From NCBI GenBank assembly GCA_964388035.1, contig CAYLZE010000107.1, forward strand, positions 1 to 17,841: a stretch of 17,841 nucleotides of DNA. The letters are read 5' to 3'. Position numbers and translations under genes: made by a program. Of the stretch, positions 7,790 to 16,215 are shown in pieces (the stretch's first letter is position 1; each line of letters opens with the position of its first letter). Below the pieces are notes generated by a model. The model did not search any database. It was not told the origin of the DNA and worked only from the letters and a program-made list of their open reading frames with translations. This DNA is from an uncultured archaeon. Its GTDB lineage: Archaea > Asgardarchaeota > Lokiarchaeia > Sigyniarchaeales > SOKP01.

Positions 7790-8572
7790 TTAAACAATTT
7801 TTGAGAACAGTTCCTTGGCTTTTTGATAAGTGGGATCGTCGGAACTAATTTCTAATAAATTTTTACCAAGCATGTTAATCTCACTTATTTTGTCATCATT
7901 TGGAAGTATGCCAAGAAGTTTTACATTTCCATTACCAAGTTTTTTAACTTCTTCAATCAGGAGATCTTTAAGATTATCAGGAAATCTATTTCCTAAAACC
8001 CATATATTTTCAAATCGTAGATCAACTTCTTTAGTAATTTCAAGGATTCTTTTCATTGTATGTAGGCCCATTTTTGAAGGATCTGTAACAATAACCAGAT
8101 CTGTTACATCTCGTCCCGTCTTTCTCGCAAAATGCTCCAAACCTGCAGGGGAATCTAATAATGTCACATCATAATTCTTTGAGAGGGTATCAATCACGTT
8201 TTTGAGCACTGAGTTAATATAACAATAACACCCAGTTCCCTCAGTTCTCCCCATTTCTAAAATATCGAAATCATCTAGTTCAATTAAGCACCTATAGACA
8301 TCTCCTTCGATTATTTGATTTTTTGGAAGATCTAATGGTAATTTTCGATCTTGAATCTTATCTTTTAAAACTTTCATTTTTCCGCCGATTGTATCGCAAA
8401 ATTGTATCTCTTGACCGATCACGTCCGCAACATTTGCATCGGGATCTGAATCAATTACTAAGATATCTATTTTATTATCCTTATGCTTTTCTAAGAGATA
8501 TTTTAAAAAGAGCGCCATGCTCGTGGTCTTTCCTACCCCACCTTTCCCACTAAATGCAATAATTTTTTTCAT
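7790..8572 (-). CDS. cooC: CooC/AcsF-type nickel-insertion ATPase (MinD/ParA superfamily)
   Basis: Deviant Walker A GKGGVGKT, IDSDPDAN, metal-binding GCYC, DSPAGLEHFARKT. Confidence 0.88.
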   Translation of the reverse strand: MKKIIAFSGKGGVGKTTSMALFLKYLLEKHKDNKIDILVIDSDPDANVADVIGQEIQFCDTIGGKMKVLKDKIQDRKLPLDLPKNQIIEGDVYRCLIELDDFDILEMGRTEGTGCYCYINSVLKNVIDTLSKNYDVTLLDSPAGLEHFARKTGRDVTDLVIVTDPSKMGLHTMKRILEITKEVDLRFENIWVLGNRFPDNLKDLLIEEVKKLGNGNVKLLGILPNDDKISEINMLGKNLLEISSDDPTYQKAKELFSKIV

Positions 8573-8829
8573 TTTTCATCTAACGAGTATTTTTATGCTT
8601 AATTAAAGGAAATGACATAAAAATTAAAAACTTGTTATCAAAGATTTAAAACTTTTCTAAGTCTTTTAATAACTGAAATAAAGGGTTGAGATTGAATCTT
8701 TAATATTTAATAAATCAAATCAGAAATATTGTATAAAAGCCACTTTAAAAGATATAATTAGTATCGGAAAAAGGATATCTAAAGAAAAGTGAGAGTGCCT
8801 AAATAAAATGCAATAAAATGCATTATATC

Positions 8830-9678
8830 TTATTGTTGTCGATAATAAGGAACAATCTTACTGGTGAATTCTTCCAGCGTGTAAGGGAATTCATCTTCTG
8901 AAGCTATCCGCCCCAGTTCCAACATGATATATCGCGCCAAAAGAAAAAAGATCAAGCCTAAACTCTTCTTTCCTCGATTATTTGCAGGGATTGCCAAATC
9001 GACGTTTGCCAATACATCATCTGTATCGATAATACTCACAACAGGAACGCGTGCAAGTTCTGCTTCTTTTAAAATGACCTTATCAGCATGTGGATCGACG
9101 ATGAATATGACTTTCGGGTCTTTAATATACATGTCTGAAGGTAATAGAGGATTAGTAAGACTTCCGGGGCTATATCTATCAATGATGGCTTTACAGCCTA
9201 GTACCTCACAGAATTTTTGAACTGGTTCCTTTCCATATCTCCTAACAGAACAAATGATCACACTATCGCGTCCTTCTTCAATGAACTTGCTCAGAAATTT
9301 AGCGGCTACTTTGATTCGTTCATCCGTTTTAACGAGGTCGATGACCCATAATCCATAATTAGTTATCCTATATTGCCAATTTCGTAATCTAAAATCGCCC
9401 GTTAGCAATTTTGTACCAATATGAATTCCTGAACTCAAATATAATTGCTTGATTTCCTCATCTTTATCGATTATTTGTTTGGGTTCTTCAAGTTCAGCAT
9501 CCAGATCTTCTGTATCCAATAAATCTAATTCTTCTTCAAGGTCAAGATCTTCTTCGAAATCTTCATCGAAATTCTCAGAGAAATCTTTGAAGAAATCTTC
9601 GTCATCTTCTTCCTTGTTCTCTACTTCTACCTTTTCTTCCTCTTCTTTTTTCTTTTCTTCCTTTTTTTTACGCGCCAA
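8830..9678 (-). CDS. rps2: 30S ribosomal protein uS2 (archaeal type) with long acidic N-terminal extension
   Basis: YLSSGIHIGTK, KTDERIKVAAKFL, RYSPGSLTNP, DPHAD, EA, IDTD, DLAIPANNRGKKSL. TTG start. Confidence 0.95.
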   Translation of the reverse strand: MARKKKEEKKKEEEEKVEVENKEEDDEDFFKDFSENFDEDFEEDLDLEEELDLLDTEDLDAELEEPKQIIDKDEEIKQLYLSSGIHIGTKLLTGDFRLRNWQYRITNYGLWVIDLVKTDERIKVAAKFLSKFIEEGRDSVIICSVRRYGKEPVQKFCEVLGCKAIIDRYSPGSLTNPLLPSDMYIKDPKVIFIVDPHADKVILKEAELARVPVVSIIDTDDVLANVDLAIPANNRGKKSLGLIFFLLARYIMLELGRIASEDEFPYTLEEFTSKIVPYYRQQ

Positions 9679-9692
9679 TTTAGTATCCTACG

Positions 9693-9720
9693 AAGGTCTA
9701 TATAAAATTATATACACCTT
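9693..9720. promoter_or_regulatory. 28-bp near-perfect palindrome directly upstream of rps2
   Basis: AAGGT-C-TATATAA-AA-TTATATA-C-ACCTT: 12 of 13 arm positions pair. It contains a TATA-like sequence and lies 15-42 nt upstream of the start. Confidence 0.55.
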
Positions 9721-9782
9721 AACTTTAATATTTTATTAATGGAAAACATGTTATTTTATGAGCTAATGAGCTCTATTTGGTT

Positions 9783-10457
9783 TCAATCAATTTTGTTTCC
9801 TTCTTTTTCCCAAGCTTCCTTAAGGATGTGATTTTTTTTGAGAAATTCATTTCTAACGGGTGCCTCAACACGATTTAAGGGACAAGCAAAATTAACACAA
9901 TCCGTGCAGATTTTGGTTTGCAGAACAATAATCCAAAGAATAGCTCCAATTATTAAGAATATTAAAGAAATCCATAATCCCCCAATTAATAAGAAAGGAA
10001 CCGGAAAACCCATCAAGATAAAAACTCCCACTACAAATTGAACTTTTTCAGAGGTTGTAGTCGGTCCGGGGTTATATGTTCCCGTTTTTAATTTACCGTT
10101 ATCAATTGGACATTTTAATGTTTTTTGGCTATCATTAGCATAATAGGGACAATGATTGCAGAGCATGCGGCTTTCCCATATAATTAAGAAGAAAAAACTA
10201 TAAGCAAACCATCCCCCTAAAAATCCTATTTTTAGAATTAAATTAAAATTTGAAAAAAACAAGGTTTCTACGATAGTAGGAATAATTGCAATCATAAATG
10301 GTAACCCAAAAAGGATGGCATACTTTTTTGACTTGGTGCGACAAAATAATCTCTCATGTAACTTACATTCTCCACAAGCCAATTCATTTTTCCATATACA
10401 TAATTCTTTTGCTAAGCCTGTTAGATTATTTGCATTTTCATCCATTTTACTTTTCAT
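9783..10457 (-). CDS. Cysteine-rich integral membrane protein (about 4 TM), putative metal/Fe-S binding
   Basis: Two TM hairpins, with Cys clusters C-x7-CxxC-x7-C, CNHCPYY...C and CTDCVNFACP. Confidence 0.85.
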   Translation of the reverse strand: MKSKMDENANNLTGLAKELCIWKNELACGECKLHERLFCRTKSKKYAILFGLPFMIAIIPTIVETLFFSNFNLILKIGFLGGWFAYSFFFLIIWESRMLCNHCPYYANDSQKTLKCPIDNGKLKTGTYNPGPTTTSEKVQFVVGVFILMGFPVPFLLIGGLWISLIFLIIGAILWIIVLQTKICTDCVNFACPLNRVEAPVRNEFLKKNHILKEAWEKEGNKID

Positions 10458-10930
10458 TTTTTTAATTTCTCTCTATTGATTTTTTTATACATTTTCATTC
10501 CATTTGTACTAAAAAGAAATACTTACTATTCTAATCATCATACCGATGTTTCCCATGAAATTTATAGTGAAATCTTTTCAATGAAATAACGATTGCTCTG
10601 TAAATTTTCTTTTATATAAACACGATTGATTCCATTTAAAAATATATCTGTTATCAAATGGTATCCAGACTGTTAAAAAATTCAAGAGAAGGGAAAATTT
10701 TATTATTGATAAGAAAAATATCCTATAAGAATTCTATTCATTAGGACTCGAGGTAAGAGTACTTAATGAATGAAAATATTAAGGCATTTTTATATTATCA
10801 ATTCAATGCTTACATGAAATTCTCCGACTATTTTCAAAATTAGACAAATATCATCTTTAACATCCAACACTAAACTATTTATAGTTTTTAATTATTATTT
10901 CATTTAAAAAGAAACTTTTAAGGTGTTGAA

Positions 10931-11419
10931 ATGTCATCCACTCGGTTAATTTTAGGGGTTGTAGCTGGAATACTCCTTAGTTTTATCATGGTTTCCTTAT
11001 TTACCATGTGGCAAATTTTAGATCAAATCGGTTTTTACGCGGGAACTGATGTTATAAAAGGTATTGCATATCTCATGGATAGGAATTTTGATTTTGATAT
11101 AATATCTTTTTTTATATCAGGCCCTATTAATTTATATGAATTTTTGAATCCTACTTTTTTATCCTGGATATTTATAGGGTACATAGCTGGCACTATAGTA
11201 AAGGGAACTAAGAGGAGCTTTTTAACTTCTGTAGTTATAGTTGTCATTGTAATCTTGATTCGGATATTAATGAATATAATTTCGGGCGTTGATCTCATGG
11301 CACTTTTTGAAGGAATCCAATTAATCAACACGCTTGGAGGAATGCTTGGAGCTCTGGGCGGTTGCATATTAGGAGGATTATTGGGCGCAGCGGTTAGCGG
11401 ATCGTATGAAGAGTATTAA
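10931..11419 (+). CDS. Gly-rich small membrane protein (DUF5518-like)
   Basis: About 4 hydrophobic helices with GxxxG patterns (GVVAG, GYIAG, GGLLG). AGGTG SD upstream. The family label is tentative. Confidence 0.8.
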   Translation: MSSTRLILGVVAGILLSFIMVSLFTMWQILDQIGFYAGTDVIKGIAYLMDRNFDFDIISFFISGPINLYEFLNPTFLSWIFIGYIAGTIVKGTKRSFLTSVVIVVIVILIRILMNIISGVDLMALFEGIQLINTLGGMLGALGGCILGGLLGAAVSGSYEEY

Positions 11420-11558
11420 ATTAATGCAAATAATATGAGAAATGTGTTTTCTTTTGTTTCTTTAACTTCTTTTTCATTCTCCTTAATTCTTATACCTTTT
11501 TCTTAATAATACCTAAATAATAACTAAACTTATACAGTATTTTTAATTAAAAAGATTA

Positions 11559-12104
11559 ATGGTTGAAGAAGAGAAAGGAGAGGAAATTTTACCATCAAGA
11601 GAATTCGCGTTAATTCTTTTGAGAAAGGAGAAGTTACCCGGTTCTATACGGCGCCATTCCATAAGAGTTGCAAATAAAGCACTTGCTATAGCTAAACAAA
11701 TTAAGAAAGTAAAAGTTGATATCGAATTAGTCGTAATTGGAGGATTATTGCATGATATTGGAAGAGCGAGAACTCATGGATTCGAACATGCGTTGATTGG
11801 AGGAAGAATGTTACGAGAAAGAGGCTTTCCTTCTAAACTAGCGAGAATATGTGAGACACACATTTTAGGAGGCTTAGATAATGAGGATGCGAAAGAATTG
11901 GGATTACCAGAAAGAGATTATATTCCTAAAACCTTAGAAGAAAAGATTGTATGTTTAGCGGATAAAATGTCAATGGGTACAAGAGAAGTAACAATTGAAG
12001 AAAGATTTCAGAGATGGTTCGAGATACATGGTGAGAGCAAAATATTACTGAAATCAAAAGAAAGAGTAATAATGATTCAAAAAGAGATAAAAGATTTAAT
12101 ATAA
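11559..12104 (+). CDS. HD-domain (HDIG) metal-dependent phosphohydrolase, archaeal TIGR00295-like
   Basis: H...LLHDIGR...H...ETH...PKTLEEKIVCLADK. Confidence 0.9.
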   Translation: MVEEEKGEEILPSREFALILLRKEKLPGSIRRHSIRVANKALAIAKQIKKVKVDIELVVIGGLLHDIGRARTHGFEHALIGGRMLRERGFPSKLARICETHILGGLDNEDAKELGLPERDYIPKTLEEKIVCLADKMSMGTREVTIEERFQRWFEIHGESKILLKSKERVIMIQKEIKDLI

Positions 12105-12110
12105 TCAGAA

Positions 12111-12602
12111 TTATTTGCCTTTTTTTATTAAGTTAAGAATCCCTCCTTCATCAATAAACCGCATTAAGAAGGGAGGGATTTTTTCGAATTGCAATGTAAG
12201 ATTTTTCGTATTATTAATAATTTTTCCTTGTTCTGGTATAATAACTAATTGATCCCTATTTGAAAACATTTCATTATTCCATTTTAGGAGGATGGGTAAA
12301 ATTCCTAAATTAACCAAATTTCGATAATAAATTCGGGCAAAAGATTTTGCAATAATTGCTTGAATTCCTAAAATTTTAAACACATTTACTGCTTCTTCTC
12401 TCGAACTTCCTGTTCCAAAATTCTCTCCAGCTATTATAATCGTATTTGTTTTTAATTTTTTAATAAAATCAGGATCCCTAAATTCTAATACATATTTGGC
12501 CATTTCATTAGCATCTCTTAAAGTTAAAGTATGACTCGGCACTATATCGTCCGTATTTATGTCATCCCCCATTAAATAAGCATATCCTTTAATATCCTCC
12601 AC
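12111..12602 (-). CDS. leuD: 3-isopropylmalate dehydratase/homoaconitase family small subunit
   Basis: GDDINTDDIVP, AGENFGTGSSREEA, AKSFARIYYRN. GTG start abuts the leuC stop, with GGAGGTGA SD at 12611-12618 (8-nt spacer). Confidence 0.9.
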   Translation of the reverse strand: MEDIKGYAYLMGDDINTDDIVPSHTLTLRDANEMAKYVLEFRDPDFIKKLKTNTIIIAGENFGTGSSREEAVNVFKILGIQAIIAKSFARIYYRNLVNLGILPILLKWNNEMFSNRDQLVIIPEQGKIINNTKNLTLQFEKIPPFLMRFIDEGGILNLIKKGK

Positions 12603-13868
12603 TTAATCCATCACCTCCCTAGGATCGACGATTTTACCTTTAATGGCTGCTGCGGCAACAGAAGCAGGGGAAGCTAAATATACTTTTGCCGTTGGATCTC
12701 CCATTCTTCCCTCGAAGTTACGATTAGTAGTGCTAATGCAAACCTCATCTTCTCCAAGAACACCCAATTGACCTCCTATGCATGGTCCACATGTTGGATT
12801 ACCCACTGCAGCTCCAGCACAGATAAAAATTTCAATTAGTCCTTCTTTTAACGCTTGTATATATATTTCACGAGAGGCTGGTATAATAATCATTCTTACT
12901 TTGGGAGCTACTTTTTGCCCTTTTAAAATTTTTGCTGCAATACGTAAATCTTCAATGCGACCATTAGTACAACTTCCCAGGAAAGCTTGATCAATTTCTA
13001 ATCCGGCTATCTCATTTATTTTCACAACATTATCAGGACTATATGGTTTGGCTACAACAGGCTCAATTGTAGATAAATCGTAGTGGATTTTTTTTTCATA
13101 TTCTGCATCTTCATCAGGAAGTGTGACTTTAAATGGTATTTTAGTCCGTTCCTTCAGCCAATTAGTAAGCTTTTCATCGGGTAAAAACACTCCGAACTTT
13201 GCTCCCGCTTCCACTATCATGTTAGATACAGTCATTCTGGCATCAATCGACAAGGATGAAGCTCCTTTTCCATGAAACTCTAAAGATTTATAAATTGCTC
13301 CTTTTGTGGTAAGATCTCCAATCAATGTTAAAATAAAATCTTTAGACATTATGCCCATCTTTAATTCACCAGATAAATCTATTTTAAATGATTCGGGTAC
13401 TCTAAACCATAATTCACCTGTTGCAAAAACCACGGATACATCCGTGGCACCAATACCCGTAGAGAGGCAGTTAAAAGCACCGTATGTTGTCGTATGACTA
13501 TCAGATCCTACGATTAACATGCTTGGTCGGGCAAATCCCGATTCAGGGAGAACTTGATGGCAAATTCCTTTATTCATTCCCATATCATGAACAAATTCAT
13601 ACTTATTCGCGAAATTTCGACAAGCTTGATGCATTTGTGCAGCAGAAATAGTTGGAGCAGGAACCCAATGATCAAGGATGAAAAATATTTTTTCGGGATC
13701 CCATACATGATCAAGCCCCAATTTTTCATATTCAACATGAATTCGTCCTCCCAATTGCTCATGGACCATTATCAGGTCAATTTCACATTCCACAAATTCT
13801 CCGGGATTTACTTCTTCCTTAGAGGCGCAATGCATTGCCAAAATTTTTTCAGCTATGGTATGTGTCAT
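12603..13868 (-). CDS. leuC: 3-isopropylmalate dehydratase/homoaconitase family large subunit
   Basis: DH, GICHQ, GSDSHTTTYGA, GSCTNGR, CGPCIG, STTNRNFEGRMG, YLASP. All three [4Fe-4S] Cys are present. Could be LeuC, HacA or another paralog. Confidence 0.9.
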   Translation of the reverse strand: MTHTIAEKILAMHCASKEEVNPGEFVECEIDLIMVHEQLGGRIHVEYEKLGLDHVWDPEKIFFILDHWVPAPTISAAQMHQACRNFANKYEFVHDMGMNKGICHQVLPESGFARPSMLIVGSDSHTTTYGAFNCLSTGIGATDVSVVFATGELWFRVPESFKIDLSGELKMGIMSKDFILTLIGDLTTKGAIYKSLEFHGKGASSLSIDARMTVSNMIVEAGAKFGVFLPDEKLTNWLKERTKIPFKVTLPDEDAEYEKKIHYDLSTIEPVVAKPYSPDNVVKINEIAGLEIDQAFLGSCTNGRIEDLRIAAKILKGQKVAPKVRMIIIPASREIYIQALKEGLIEIFICAGAAVGNPTCGPCIGGQLGVLGEDEVCISTTNRNFEGRMGDPTAKVYLASPASVAAAAIKGKIVDPREVMD

Positions 13869-13934
13869 CTTATCAATGATGAGTTATGTAGAATAATAAG
13901 TTAATTTAAAAATCATAAAATAAATTCTAAACCA

Positions 13935-15191
13935 CTATAATTCGTGCTGAGATTTGAGTTTTTCGAAATCATTATCAATTAAAAGCACTGCTCTATTTAC
14001 TATTCTACATGCGTCAGCAATTATACTAGGATCTACTTTATCCGGGGTGTCTTGCTCAGAATGCGTCCAGAATGCGGCTGCTTTTGTTACCACGTCAATA
14101 GCCCTAAGATTTCTTTGATGGAATGGAACTGTATCTGTATGAGCTCCGGTTGATATATGGAAACCTTCAAAAATAATATGTTGTTCTTGTGCTGCTTCTT
14201 TTAAATATACTCCCAATACGGGGGCTATTGCCTTTCTTGGAAACACGCCGTATGATGCTAAAAATTGTAATTTATTTTTACTTTTATCATGTTTTGCAGA
14301 AGAAAGCATCTCGAAATTAATTTGAAAGGAGGGGTTATTAATAAAAAGAGATTCATTCTTTTTCATAAAAAACCTTGAACCCATTGTTCCTAATTCTTCC
14401 GCTGAAAATTGGCAGAACCACAGATTAAAATGTTTTAATGGATGTTTCATGAAATAGGAACTCAATTCAAATACTGCCGCCATACCAGACGCATTATCAA
14501 GAGCTCCTGGAGATTTATTCCCCGTATCGATTAACATTAATAAAATATTGGATAGTGATATGAGCAAACTGGGAATCCAAATTCCTAGTGAAATGAGCAA
14601 TATATTTATATCTATGCCTGCAAAAACTCTAATCATGAAAAGTACAAAAAAGACTGCCAAAATAATTCCGTTATATAACCACAAGCGATAAAGAACGATC
14701 CTCCACGCGGTTTTAAAAGATTGGGATTTTGAATCAAGATGTGCCGAGATTAAGATATTTCCCGGATTAGAGTCCAATATCCCCTTAGCAGGAATAGTTA
14801 CATAAACATTTGTCGCCGTGATTGTTTCTCCATAATATTTGGCAAAAAATCCTGGATTTTCGGGAGTTTTAATTCCCCTGATAATCCATAAGAGAAGTAA
14901 TGCAAAACATCCAACCACGATAAAAGTAAGAATGGGTTGGATATAAACGAAAAACAATAAAAAGAAATTAAATATCAGATTGAGGATCATTATCAATTTA
15001 ATAAGAGTAGTAGAATAGAAGTCAGAAAATTCGAAGGATTGTTCTATTATTACTTCTTCGGAAAATCCTATTTCCTTAAATTTTTTAATAACTAACTCAA
15101 CAGCTTTTTTTTCTCCTTCTGTTCCCGCTAATCTGGGAAAGCTGAACAACTTTACTAGGTCATAGGCCCTAGCTTTATCAAATTTTTCCAT
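13935..15191 (-). CDS. M28-family zinc peptidase with inserted transmembrane segments (paralog B)
   Basis: AHLDS, GALDNASG, AEE, NFE, HTD and HSEQDT motifs. Two hydrophobic blocks. Clearly homologous to 2185..3318. Confidence 0.88.
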   Translation of the reverse strand: MEKFDKARAYDLVKLFSFPRLAGTEGEKKAVELVIKKFKEIGFSEEVIIEQSFEFSDFYSTTLIKLIMILNLIFNFFLLFFVYIQPILTFIVVGCFALLLLWIIRGIKTPENPGFFAKYYGETITATNVYVTIPAKGILDSNPGNILISAHLDSKSQSFKTAWRIVLYRLWLYNGIILAVFFVLFMIRVFAGIDINILLISLGIWIPSLLISLSNILLMLIDTGNKSPGALDNASGMAAVFELSSYFMKHPLKHFNLWFCQFSAEELGTMGSRFFMKKNESLFINNPSFQINFEMLSSAKHDKSKNKLQFLASYGVFPRKAIAPVLGVYLKEAAQEQHIIFEGFHISTGAHTDTVPFHQRNLRAIDVVTKAAAFWTHSEQDTPDKVDPSIIADACRIVNRAVLLIDNDFEKLKSQHEL

Positions 15192-15370
15192 GAGAATTAT
15201 TCAGAATTTGATATGTTTCTTTTAAATTTTCTATTATTTGAAATTACATCTAACATTAATTAAATTTTAGGATTTATCCTTTTTTTATAATGTATATATT
15301 AAAAATATTAGAATGAATACTATTAGAAAATTCTATTATAGAAGATCAATTCCAAGAGTAAAATATAAGC

Positions 15371-16141
15371 GTGATTTATTTGAAAAAAGAATATCCAATC
15401 TTAGAGTATGATCCAAAAGAAAATGCCCTGATAAATCCAAAAGATTTAATTCAACCAATCGATATTCCCCCCCACTGTGTCATCACTTTTTTCAAAGAAG
15501 TTATTGATAAGTTAGTTGGTGAAGGTAAAGCAAGAAAAATCTCACAAGAAACAAGCGAAATGGGAATTCATCCTTACTATGAAATTGAATTTAAGGGGCA
15601 AAAAATTGCCACATATCTTTCGGGAGTAACCGCTCCCTTTGCTGCAGGGCTATTTGAATATATCATTCAACTAGGATGTAGAAAATTTATATGTTGTGGA
15701 AGTGCTGGTTTGTTGGACAATCAGATTCATAATAAGATTATCATTCCCAAATCGGCAATACGAGATGAGGGCACTTCATATCATTACTTACCTCCAAGTA
15801 GAGAAGTAAGTCCCGATTTAAAAGCATTAAATGCAATTATTGATGTTTTAACTATACATCATTACGAATTTCTTGTGACTAAGACTTGGACAACTGATGG
15901 ATTATATCGTGAAACAAAAGATAAAATTAGCCTAAGAAAACAAGAGGGATGTAGTGTTGTTGAAATGGAAGCTGCAGCTTTTTTCGCGGTGGCAAAATTT
16001 AGGAATGTACAAATTGCTCAAATTTTATATGGGAGTGATGACGTGAGTGGAGACATTTGGGATAGGGGAAATATTGGAATAAAAATTCCTTTAAGAGAAC
16101 AGATTTTTTGGATTGCTGTTGAGGCATGCTTGAAATTATAA
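15371..16141 (+). CDS. Nucleoside phosphorylase (PNP/UDP family 1)
   Basis: GSAG, AIRDEGTSYHY, TWTTDGLYRET, VVEMEAAA, SD. Start GTG 15371 or TTG 15380. Confidence 0.92.
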   Translation: MIYLKKEYPILEYDPKENALINPKDLIQPIDIPPHCVITFFKEVIDKLVGEGKARKISQETSEMGIHPYYEIEFKGQKIATYLSGVTAPFAAGLFEYIIQLGCRKFICCGSAGLLDNQIHNKIIIPKSAIRDEGTSYHYLPPSREVSPDLKALNAIIDVLTIHHYEFLVTKTWTTDGLYRETKDKISLRKQEGCSVVEMEAAAFFAVAKFRNVQIAQILYGSDDVSGDIWDRGNIGIKIPLREQIFWIAVEACLKL

Positions 16142-16215
16142 TAGAAGCTTTTTAATAATAATCTAAGAATGGTTTTAAAATCCTATTAAATTTTTTGAAA
16201 ATAAGGTTTGTTTGA

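Noticed and set aside
8802-8822. Tandem AATAAAATGC x2 downstream of rps2
   Set aside because: Only two short AT-rich units with no spacers. Not a CRISPR array, and probably part of a T-rich terminator.
9449-9739. Ser-rich 96-aa ORF on the + strand
   Set aside because: Antisense shadow of the GAA/GAT-rich acidic extension of rps2.
510-13868. A branched-chain amino acid biosynthesis operon (ilvD, ilvB, leuCD)
   Set aside because: The genes are dispersed on different strands, ilvC/ilvN/leuA/leuB are absent, and the ThDP and LeuD motifs are atypical.
1064-13904. Short ORF-track entries nested in or antisense to well-supported genes (e.g. 1064, 1583, 3423, 5202, 5669, 6365, 7589, 7830, 8323, 8924, 9838, 11035, 12778, 13306, 13554, 13574)
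   Set aside because: They overlap better-supported genes and have no recognisable motifs.
15331-15343. Palindrome TTCTAT-T-ATAGAA upstream of the nucleoside phosphorylase
   Set aside because: A 6-bp AT-rich arm is expected by chance.
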